The position numbers were made by a program, and so were the translations under genes. Positions 1 through 9,600 of a stretch of DNA of 64,000 nt are shown one piece after another. Origin of the DNA: an uncultured archaeon. Its GTDB lineage: Archaea > Asgardarchaeota > Lokiarchaeia > Sigyniarchaeales > SOKP01. The notes under the pieces were generated by a model. It ran no database searches, was not told the DNA's origin, and worked only from the letters and a program-made list of their open reading frames with translations. Location of the stretch: the NCBI GenBank assembly GCA_964525635.1, contig CAZGJX010000005.1, forward strand, positions 1-64,000. Direction: 5' to 3'. Position 1 is the first letter of the stretch. Each line of letters opens with the position of its first letter.

Positions 1-49
1 TGACATTTTTAATTACGCAAAACCCTGACAAAAAATTTGTCCACATAAC

Positions 50-70
50 AAAAAAAAAAGAAAAAAAAAA
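50..70 (-). terminator. Oligo-T archaeal terminator after unit 1
   Basis: A10-G-A10 on + (T-tract on -), about 10 nt after the stop of 81..1178. Confidence 0.6.
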
Positions 71-80
71 TAAAATTATT

Positions 81-1178
81 CTATAATTTTATGACAGATT
101 TTAGATCTGAAAAAGTATTTTCTAAAACAGTTAAATACTCTACTAGAACTTTATCAGCTTTAGATTTTTGTTCATATTCATTCTTGATAATATTCAGAAT
201 GTATTTTGGAAAGATTTTATTGATATAAAAATCTGATAATAAAGTGTAATATTCATTATTGTGTTTGTCTTGGAAAACTTGAATCATTTGATTATTCCAT
301 AATTTTTTTAGTACATCACTGATATTATCAACACCTTTCTTTTTAAGCTTTTCAAGTTCATTTCTTGTAACAATTGCAGTTCTTAGTAATCTTATTGTCT
401 CATATACTTCTGGATCACTTAAGATATTAATGATTTTTAAATTATCTTCCTCACTTGGTCTATAATTCTGAAAGAATTTTTTACATTCAATAATATAATC
501 ATTTGATAATTGTTCAGGTAAACCTCTTTCCGAAGGATTTTCGATTAGATTCCCAGGCGGAATTCTCATCATAATGATATCATTTGTAAAAAATAATAAT
601 TCAGAAGGCATTCCTTTAACAGATGCTTCTCTAATAATTTCTTGTTTTACTAATTCAATTAAAATGCTATCTAAATCTACAAAGCCTTGCTTATATTTAT
701 CTCTTAGCCATACTCCTAATTCTGATTTAGATACAACACCTTCATCACGCAAACGGTTAATTATCATTCGCTTTATTTCTTCTTCATATGTTATTGCTAG
801 TTTTTGTTCTTCTCTGAATGTAGGATATACAGATAATCTCCGAAATAGTGTAGGAACCATACTCTTAAATGTATCATCTTCTATGTTTAACAAAATATTT
901 CTAGCAACATCTGCCAAACCTCCTTCATAAAGATCAGGATCATCATCAACATTTAAGAGTAATAGAATATAATATCCTGTATCTGGTCCTGTGTAGTAAG
1001 AAGCGATATTTAAAGAACCAATCATTAAACTAATCATACCCGATTCACCTCCATATTCATGCGTACTATATACCTGCATTAGAGTTTTATCATTTATTGT
1101 AATTTCTTCAGGATATTTAGCTAAAATTTCTGTACCAACTCTTTCATCCCATCTCATTATTACTAGTCCAACTGGCAT
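81..1178 (-). CDS. Cytoplasmic longin/uDENN-like + two winged-helix protein (NPRL2-like architecture), copy 1
   Basis: N-terminal LVIMRWDERVGTEILAKYP resembles the first hairpin of uDENN/longin domains (NPRL2, C9orf72 type). Two wHTH-like segments (IINRLRDEGVVSKSEL...LVKQEII; TIRLLRTAIVTRNEL...LWNNQMI). No TM segment. Paralog at 5537..6646. Confidence 0.65.
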   Translation of the reverse strand: MPVGLVIMRWDERVGTEILAKYPEEITINDKTLMQVYSTHEYGGESGMISLMIGSLNIASYYTGPDTGYYILLLLNVDDDPDLYEGGLADVARNILLNIEDDTFKSMVPTLFRRLSVYPTFREEQKLAITYEEEIKRMIINRLRDEGVVSKSELGVWLRDKYKQGFVDLDSILIELVKQEIIREASVKGMPSELLFFTNDIIMMRIPPGNLIENPSERGLPEQLSNDYIIECKKFFQNYRPSEEDNLKIINILSDPEVYETIRLLRTAIVTRNELEKLKKKGVDNISDVLKKLWNNQMIQVFQDKHNNEYYTLLSDFYINKIFPKYILNIIKNEYEQKSKADKVLVEYLTVLENTFSDLKSVIKL

Positions 1179-1193
1179 TACTTTACACCTCCA
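1176..1193 (-). promoter_or_regulatory. Embedded Shine-Dalgarno (GGAGGTG) and TAATG stop/start overlap
   Basis: Minus strand reads TGGAGGTGTAAAGTAATG. The same arrangement occurs at 6644-6661 (TGGAGGTGTTGACTAATG). Confidence 0.8.
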
Positions 1194-4100
1194 GTTTCAT
1201 TTTCATTTTTGTATTTTTTTGTTTTTTTTCCTTTTGTTCCTAAAATATCTTCTAAAGATAATCCAAGTTTCTTCCATTTATCACCTAATAGATCTGCTAA
1301 AAAGTGTTCTTTAGGAGGATATAAATTAGAATCAGATATTGATTTTCCAGATTTTATCTCTTTTTTAATCTTTCTTGATTTTTTAATGAACTCTGGTATT
1401 CTGGCTACTTGAATTGATCGATATCCTACCAAACTTCCTACAACAGCACCAACTCCTATTAAGATCATTAGAAAATAAAACAATGGAAATCCTGGAAAGA
1501 TTTCAGTCATACCAACAACTATATTGAACACCCAACTTTTTATTTCATAATTTTCCTTTTCAATTATTATTTCCGCAGAAAGACTTTTAGGAGTAAAAAA
1601 TGTATCTATACCACTTGTTGAGAAAATTAATTCATAGATACCTCCTCCCATATATGTTGCTGAGATAGTATTATATCCTTTAATCGTCAATGTAACATTT
1701 ACATCTGTCAGAGGTAGAGCAGTAATTTTATCAACTATATTTAGTTGTATAACCACTTTAACTCCTTGTTTTATATTCAATTGTCTTGAAGGGAATCTAA
1801 TTAGATCATCATCTATTGGTCGTGGTACTATTGTAATTGTAAGGTCAGCAAATTTAATCAAATAATTTTGTTTCTCAAAGTAAACTGCAATAGAATATGT
1901 AGCAATTTCTCTTGTTTCTGTATCAAAATCTAATATATATAAATCATCAACCGTTTCAATTAAGAAATCAACTCCTTCATTTCCAGGACCATATAAAAAG
2001 TTGCCATCTTCATCTAATTTATTCCACTCATAATATTTAGTCTCACAATCAGTAATTCTTGCATCATTAATAGTGTCATAATATTCAAATATATAGAATT
2101 TTTCGGATAAAACTGGTATATCATCAATTATTTTAACTCTTGATGTTCCATTAAGAGCGGTTGGAATTGGATCTATATCTAGAATGATTTCATAATCATC
2201 TATTTTTGTGTAATTATCCTTGTTTGCTGTTATTTCAATCAAATATTGACCTACATTGGTAACAATTGCAGTATCAAACAAAAAAGTATAATATCCCATT
2301 GATAAGGGGTCCTCATTTATTATCCCAGATTCTCCAGGAATTCCAGGGATATTATATGTCAATATAGCTTCAGAGATTCTATTCGAAGTTTCACCTGCTA
2401 CAAAGTAAGAAAGAGTAATATTTATCGATTGAGTAAAATATTCAGAAGTCCTATTTGAAATAATAATATCTTTTGTGTTATAATCATGTAACAAAATTCC
2501 TGTATTCACTCCAATTACTCTAAAATCAAAATTAACATCATATGGGTCTATATATCCAATCTTACGTCCAAATATTCTCATTTTATACCATTCACTACCT
2601 ATTAAAACATCGGAGTTTAGTTGAAGACTATAATTTCCATTATCTCCTGGAGCCATATCTCCAGATCTTACAACTATCGAGGTCCCTAACTTATAAATCT
2701 CATATCTTACATAAGTAGGATTTTGAATAGGCGTCCAATCTAAAATAGGTGTTTTTATTGTATAATTGACTTCAAAGTACATCATCTCTCCCCAATTTAT
2801 TTCACTGATTCCAACCGTATCTTGAAATCGTGATTGATAATCTTCTATGTTAATAGTAACATTAAAATTAAGTATAGCAAGACCATCTAAAGTGTAATTA
2901 TATGGATCAAGATCATAATATTCTTTTGCTGGATCAAAATATTTATCTGATTGACTGACTAAAAATGATTTATTCGAACCATAAAAAGATAATGAAAAGT
3001 TATAATCTCCATGGAAATACCAGAACGGCAAATCATTATTATATCCTTTTGCTAAACCATTACTATCTGTTACTAAATTTACAATATTATGTCCTGTACT
3101 ATTTACAACTTTAACGATCATATATTGTATTGGTTGATTTTCAGAACTTTTATCAAATGTATATATTCTTAATTTTGACATTTGTGCTTTTTCATATACT
3201 TGAGTTGTTTCATTATAATTAATTGTTATAATACCATTGGATGGTGTTGAATTGAAAAAATTCACAATAGATTTTATTCCATATGCTTCATATTTATCAA
3301 TGATGTTAAGGTGTATTGTATCAGAAGTATCACTAGTTCCATAAATTTTCGACCCTTCCTCTACAATCTTCCATGTATTATCTGAAGCTAAATATTGAAC
3401 ATCTAAACTAACTAAATGGTTTATTATTTTTTCAAGCTCAATATTAATATCAATAGCAATAATTTTATTTTTTCCAATATTACTAGCACTAGAGTTTTCT
3501 GCATATATATTAACAATCGATCGATAAACAGATCCCCCAGATAATTCTGCTGTTTCATTAACAAAAAATGTTGTACTATTAAGTTTACTTTCTCGATAAA
3601 TAGTAGCTGAGTCTAAAAAATTCTTTTTAACAAGATAATCTTCATTATAATAATACATTTCATAATAGTAATGCGATCTATTCAACCATCTAAAAGTGTT
3701 AATTCCTGTTCCAGTTCCTAATGTCAGATTTGCTAATAATGGGTCACTATTTGAATTATTATATACTAAAACATATCCATAATCCATCGGATCTTCTTCC
3801 CAATCATCCACTTCAAAATCAATAGACCATATATCTACATAAATAGTCTCATTACAAAACAGACCAAAAAAATTCAAAGCTCCATTTACGAGTTCTGCAC
3901 TATCATACAATAAATCCTCATAAACAATACCTCCTTGTTTTAAGGTGTAATTTACTGTAACATTATATTCACCAAAAGGAATATTTTCAAAATTCACTAT
4001 ACCCATATCTGATGTATCAAGCGTTATTATCGTTCTATTTGCTAATGGTGCTGTATTATTTACTAATGAAACTTCAGCATTAGGAACAGGTCGTCCATCA

Positions 4101-5329
4101 ACATCTCTTATTGTGATTATTACTTTTGCAGCTCTCTCTTGTTCTCCTAATAATTCTGAAGTTAATGTATAGTTTGTATAGAGCCAATTCATATCTGCCA
4201 AAGCTATACCATAATTATAAATTCTAATATCATCAATAAATCCATTGAAATTTGGATATGGACCCATATAAGCAGTATCATCATAACCTATGAAAGGAGT
4301 TGATAGACTTGGTTTATTTAAAATGTTTGGATTTGCTGTAGTAACACGTTCACCATCAATATAAATATATTGGATATTTCCATTCCATTCTGCTACAACT
4401 ACTACCTGATGCCAATTATTTAATAGATTAGGGATATTATAATAAATTCGGCAATCAGTATCGATACTATCTTCAAATTCCCATCCAATTTGCCCATTAT
4501 CCAATCGTATATAAAAATATTTATCTCCTAATGTCATATCATATAAAATACCCGATGTAGCTCGACTATTAAACCAAAGTGATATAGAAAAAGCTCCTGA
4601 ACTAGGAATTGGATCAGTGCCTATAGTTACATATTCAGTACTTCCATCAAAATCAAGACAATATTCTCCAATTTTTCCTGATTGCCAATTACTAGGCCCC
4701 ATATTAATTAAAGTTCCGTCATTATTTCCTATTAGATCTAAAGCAGTTACACCTTGACCATCTTCAAATCCCCACCACGCAATACCTTCTCGCTCTGGTC
4801 TATAATAAGTTGGATCTGGAGTTGCTACATCATTACCATAATATATATATGCATCATATTCAATAGAACTTGCATTAATAGTTGTTTCAAACCATACGTA
4901 TGCAAAATCTCCATCTGGACGTTCAGAGGAAAAATAGTAGTTTCTCAATATACCATTTTCTACTATCCTTACATCTCCTAAGTCTGATCTTATTTGATTT
5001 TTCTGTAGTAATTCTGTATGATTAATTTTTATTGAAACCATATAATCAATTAAATCAATATTATATGGATTGGTAATATTAATGCATTGACGATATTTCC
5101 AAGAGGCATGCCACCATGAATCTTCACCATATTGACTCATTTTTAGCATGATTGGATCAATATTATTACCATCTTCATCTATATTTTCTGATGAATCTAT
5201 ATAAGAAGAATAAAGAAAATTTAGTGTGGTTGATGATAAAATAAAAAATAGAAATATTATCTTAATAGATTTTTTAGATAGTTTTGGTATCTTATAAGTC
5301 TTGTTTGCATAAAATTCTCGTTTTTTCAT
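1178..5329 (-). CDS. Single-pass surface receptor/adhesin-like glycoprotein (DUF2341-like + LamG/ConA head, Ig-like stalk, C-terminal TM and cytoplasmic tail), copy 1
   Basis: Hydrophobic N-terminal signal/anchor; WWHASWKYRQ...YIYYGN (DUF2341-like); WWGFEDG...GKIGEYCLDFDG...FSISLWF...WHQV...FNGFIDDIRIYN (LamG); many N-x-S/T sequons; TM FPLFYFLMILIGVGAVVGSLVGY followed by a basic tail. Confidence 0.8.
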   Translation of the reverse strand: MKKREFYANKTYKIPKLSKKSIKIIFLFFILSSTTLNFLYSSYIDSSENIDEDGNNIDPIMLKMSQYGEDSWWHASWKYRQCINITNPYNIDLIDYMVSIKINHTELLQKNQIRSDLGDVRIVENGILRNYYFSSERPDGDFAYVWFETTINASSIEYDAYIYYGNDVATPDPTYYRPEREGIAWWGFEDGQGVTALDLIGNNDGTLINMGPSNWQSGKIGEYCLDFDGSTEYVTIGTDPIPSSGAFSISLWFNSRATSGILYDMTLGDKYFYIRLDNGQIGWEFEDSIDTDCRIYYNIPNLLNNWHQVVVVAEWNGNIQYIYIDGERVTTANPNILNKPSLSTPFIGYDDTAYMGPYPNFNGFIDDIRIYNYGIALADMNWLYTNYTLTSELLGEQERAAKVIITIRDVDGRPVPNAEVSLVNNTAPLANRTIITLDTSDMGIVNFENIPFGEYNVTVNYTLKQGGIVYEDLLYDSAELVNGALNFFGLFCNETIYVDIWSIDFEVDDWEEDPMDYGYVLVYNNSNSDPLLANLTLGTGTGINTFRWLNRSHYYYEMYYYNEDYLVKKNFLDSATIYRESKLNSTTFFVNETAELSGGSVYRSIVNIYAENSSASNIGKNKIIAIDINIELEKIINHLVSLDVQYLASDNTWKIVEEGSKIYGTSDTSDTIHLNIIDKYEAYGIKSIVNFFNSTPSNGIITINYNETTQVYEKAQMSKLRIYTFDKSSENQPIQYMIVKVVNSTGHNIVNLVTDSNGLAKGYNNDLPFWYFHGDYNFSLSFYGSNKSFLVSQSDKYFDPAKEYYDLDPYNYTLDGLAILNFNVTINIEDYQSRFQDTVGISEINWGEMMYFEVNYTIKTPILDWTPIQNPTYVRYEIYKLGTSIVVRSGDMAPGDNGNYSLQLNSDVLIGSEWYKMRIFGRKIGYIDPYDVNFDFRVIGVNTGILLHDYNTKDIIISNRTSEYFTQSINITLSYFVAGETSNRISEAILTYNIPGIPGESGIINEDPLSMGYYTFLFDTAIVTNVGQYLIEITANKDNYTKIDDYEIILDIDPIPTALNGTSRVKIIDDIPVLSEKFYIFEYYDTINDARITDCETKYYEWNKLDEDGNFLYGPGNEGVDFLIETVDDLYILDFDTETREIATYSIAVYFEKQNYLIKFADLTITIVPRPIDDDLIRFPSRQLNIKQGVKVVIQLNIVDKITALPLTDVNVTLTIKGYNTISATYMGGGIYELIFSTSGIDTFFTPKSLSAEIIIEKENYEIKSWVFNIVVGMTEIFPGFPLFYFLMILIGVGAVVGSLVGYRSIQVARIPEFIKKSRKIKKEIKSGKSISDSNLYPPKEHFLADLLGDKWKKLGLSLEDILGTKGKKTKKYKNENETGGVK
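1440..4150. repeat. Direct repeat (stalk + TM region), copy 1; partner at about 6920-9630
   Basis: Constant 5480-bp offset at every point checked. Tracts that look identical by eye: 2409-2785 = 7889-8265 and 3147-3412 = 8627-8892. Confidence 0.9.
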
Positions 5330-5494
5330 GATTTAACATCATATAATAGCTAAATTAATATATTTTTATTTAAATAAATAAAGATTAATAGATTCTAAAC
5401 TATATTTAAAAATTAATTAATTTAATACTAATTCAAGTATTAAAATTTTTACATAATAATTATATCAGATTTATGGTCTTAAGTAATAATAGAC

Positions 5495-5515
5495 AATAAA
5501 AATAAAAAAAAAAAA
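5495..5515 (-). terminator. Oligo-T terminator after unit 2
   Basis: A12 run (5504-5515) on +, about 20 nt after the stop of 5537..6646. Confidence 0.55.
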
Positions 5516-5536
5516 GATTAAAATAAATATAATTAA

Positions 5537-6646
5537 TTATTCTTCTTTCACTTTTGCTTTCAGTTCTTTTAATGCTAGGAAAGAATCCTCTAAGACATTA
5601 ATATATTCCACCAAAACCTCATTTGCTTTCGATTTTTGCTCATATTGCTTCTTTATAATGTTAAGTAGATATTTTGGAAAGATACGTTCAATTATAAAAT
5701 CTGTTAATAGTGTATAATATTCATTTCCCTGCTGATCTTGAAATACATGGGTCATCTTATTCTCCCACAAGAGCTTTAAAACCTCGTCAAGATCTTCTAC
5801 TCCTTTTTTCTTCAGTTTCTCTAAATCATTTTTTGTAACGATTGATATCCTCAGTAGTTTTAAAGTCTCATACACTTGAGGATTTATAATAAGTTCAATG
5901 ACTTTAAGATTATCCTCTTGACTGGGACGATATTCTGAAAAATATTTTTTGCATTCTATTTTATAATCCTCTGCTAAATGAGAAGGAAGTCCACAATCGG
6001 ATGGATTTCTTAGTAATTTAATTGGAGGCCGACGGATGATAACAATATCATTGGTAAGAAAAATCAATTCTGAGGGCATTCCCTTTACAGAAGTTTCCTT
6101 AATGAGCTCTTTCTTGATCAAATCGTTTAAGACATTTTCAATATCTACAAATCCTTGTTTATATTGATCTTTTAACCATACAGATAATTCTGATTTAGAA
6201 ACAACACCCTCCTCTTGAAGTCGACTGATTATCATGCGTTTAATTTCATCTTCATAAACCATTGCTAATTGTTGTTCGGTATTAAGCGTTGGGTAAATTG
6301 AGATTCTTCGGAAAAGTGAAGGAATGAATTCTAAAAAGGCATCATCCTCTAAATTCTGTAAGATAGTTCTTGAGGCATCAGCTAATCCTCCTTCAAATGC
6401 GTCAGGGTCTTCATCTATATTTAAAAGTAAGAGAATGTAATACTGTGAATCTGGACCTGTGTAGAATGAGGCAATATTTAAAGATCCGACCATTAAACTT
6501 ACCATTCCAGCTTCTCCGCTATATTCATGTGTACTATATACCTGCATAAGTGTTTTATCTGTAATTGCAAGTTCCTCTGGATATTGAGTAACGATTTCAG
6601 TACCTACTCTCTCATTCCATCTCATAATTACGATTCCGACTGGCAT
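5537..6646 (-). CDS. Cytoplasmic longin/uDENN-like + two winged-helix protein (NPRL2-like architecture), copy 2
   Basis: Full-length paralog of 81..1178 with the same motifs; its start overlaps the stop of 6646..10737. Confidence 0.65.
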   Translation of the reverse strand: MPVGIVIMRWNERVGTEIVTQYPEELAITDKTLMQVYSTHEYSGEAGMVSLMVGSLNIASFYTGPDSQYYILLLLNIDEDPDAFEGGLADASRTILQNLEDDAFLEFIPSLFRRISIYPTLNTEQQLAMVYEDEIKRMIISRLQEEGVVSKSELSVWLKDQYKQGFVDIENVLNDLIKKELIKETSVKGMPSELIFLTNDIVIIRRPPIKLLRNPSDCGLPSHLAEDYKIECKKYFSEYRPSQEDNLKVIELIINPQVYETLKLLRISIVTKNDLEKLKKKGVEDLDEVLKLLWENKMTHVFQDQQGNEYYTLLTDFIIERIFPKYLLNIIKKQYEQKSKANEVLVEYINVLEDSFLALKELKAKVKEE

Positions 6647-9600
6647 TAGTCAACACCTCCATTTTCATCTGTTTTATTGATCGTATCTGGCAATTTCTTT
6701 CCTTTCTTTTGACTGACTCCTAAAATATCTTTTAGAGATAATCCAAGTACATTCCAATCATCTCCATATTTTTTAGCAATGAATTCTTCTTTTACTGGGT
6801 ATAAATTCTTCTCTGAAATTGTATTTCTACCTTTTATCTCTTTTTTCATACTTTTAGCTTTTTTAACAAATTCAGGAATTTTCGCTAATTGAATAAAGCG
6901 ATAACCTGCAATAGCTCCTGCAACTGCGCCGACTCCTATTATGATCATCAAGAAATAAAATAGTGGAAATCCAGGAAATATTTCTGTCATACCTACAACA
7001 ATATTGAACACCCAATTTTTTGTTTCATAATTCTCCTTTTCAATTATTATTTCTGCAGAAAGACTTTTAGGGGTAAAGAAGGTATCTATACCATTTGTTG
7101 AGAAAACTAATTGATAAATACCTCCTCCCATATATGTTGCTATGACAGGATTATATCCTATAATCGTCAATGTAACATTTACATCTGTCAGAGGTAGAGC
7201 AGTAATTTTATCAACTATATTTAGTTGTATAACCACATTAACTCCTTGTTTTAAATTCAATTGTCGTGAAGGGAATCCAATTAAATCATCATCTATTGGA
7301 CGTGGTACTATTGTAATTGTAAGGTCAGCAAATTTAATCAGATAATTGCTTTTCTCTAAGTAAACTGCAATAGAATATGTAGCAGTTTCTCTTGTTTCTG
7401 TATCAAAATCTAAAGTATATAAATCATCAACTGTTTCAATTAAGAAGCCAACTCCTTCATTTCCAACACCATGTAGAAAATTGCCCTCATCATCTAATTT
7501 ATTCCACTCATAATATTTAGTCTCACAATCAGTAATTCTTGCATCATTAATAGTGTCATAATATTCAAATGTATAATTTTGTTCGGATAAAACAGGTACA
7601 TCATCAATTATTTTAACTCTTGATTCTCCATTAAGAGTGGTTGGAATTGGCTCTATATCAAGAATAATTTCATAATCATCTATTTTTGTATAATTATCCT
7701 TATCTGCTGTTATTTCAATTAAATATTGTCCAACATTGGAAACAATTAAAGTATCAAATAAAAATGTGTAATACCCCGTTGATGAAGGTTCCTCGTCTAT
7801 TAACCCAGATACTCCCGAAAGGCCTGCGATATTATATGTTAATGTAGCTCCTGAGATTCTATTTGATGGTTCACCTGCTACAAAATATGAAAGAGTAATA
7901 TTTATCGATTGAGTAAAATATTCAGAAGTCCTATTTGAAATAATAATATCTTTTGTGTTATAATCATGTAACAAAATTCCTGTATTCACTCCAATTACTC
8001 TAAAATCAAAATTAACATCATATGGGTCTATATATCCAATCTTACGTCCAAATATTCTCATTTTATACCATTCACTACCTATTAAAACATCGGAGTTTAG
8101 TTGAAGACTATAATTTCCATTATCTCCTGGAGCCATATCTCCAGATCTTACAACTATCGAGGTCCCTAACTTATAAATCTCATATCTTACATAAGTAGGA
8201 TTTTGAATAGGCGTCCAATCTAAAATAGGTGTTTTTATTGTATAATTGACTTCAAAGTACATCATATCTCCCCAATTTACTTCACTTATTCCAAGAGTAT
8301 CTTGAAATCTTGATTGGTAATCTTCTATATTAATTGTAACATTAAATTTAAGTACAGAAGTACTATCTAAAGTGTAATTGTATGGATCAAGATCATAATA
8401 TTCTTTTCCTGGATCATAATATTTATCTGATTGACTAACTAAAAATGATTTATTGGAACCATAAAAAGATAATGAAAAGTTATAATCTCCATGGAAATAC
8501 CAGAATGGTACATCATTATAATATCCTTTTGCTTCACCATAACTGTCGGTTACTAAATTTGCAATATTATATCCTGTACTATTTACAACTTTAACGATCA
8601 TATATTGTATTGGTTGATTTTCAGAGCTTTTATCAAATGTATATATTCTTAATTTTGACATTTGTGCTTTTTCATATACTTGAGTTGTTTCATTATAATT
8701 AATTGTTATAATACCATTGGATGGTGTTGAATTGAAAAAATTCACAATAGATTTTATTCCATATGCTTCATATTTATCAATGATGTTAAGGTGTATTGTA
8801 TCAGAAGTATCACTAGTTCCATAAATTTTCGACCCTTCCTCTACAATCTTCCATGTATTATCTGAAGCTAAATATTGAACATCTAAACTAACCAAATGGG
8901 TTATTATTTCTTCAAGTTCAATATTAATATCGACAGCAATAATTTTACTCTTGCCAATATCACTAGTACTAGAATTCTCTGCATATATATTAACACTTGA
9001 TCGATAAACAGATCCCCCTGATAATTCTGCTGTTTGATTAACAAAAAATGTTGTACTATTTAATTTACTTTCCCGATAAATTGTATCTGATTCTAATAAA
9101 TTTTGTTTAGTAAGATAATCTTTATTATAATAATACAATTCATAATAGTATTGTGATCTATTTAACCATCTAAAAGTGTTAATTCCTGTGCCAGTTCCTA
9201 ATGTTAGATTTGCTAATAATGGATCACTATTTGAATTATTATATACTAAAACATATCCATAATCCATCGGATCTCCTTCCCAATCATCAACTTCGAAATC
9301 GATAGACCATATATCAACATAAATAGTCTCATTACAAAACAGACCAAAAAAATTCAAAGTAGCATCTTCTAGCTCTGCACTATCATATAATACGTTCTCA
9401 TATATCATACCCCCTTGATTTAAGGTGTAATTTACTGTAACATTGTATTCCCCAAAAGGAATATCTTCAAAATTCACTACACCTATATCTGATGCATTGA
9501 AAGTAACTATAGTTCTATTTGCTATTGGTGCTGTATTATTAACTAATGAAACTTCAGCATTAGGAACAGGTCGTCCATCAATATCTCTTACAACAATTCT

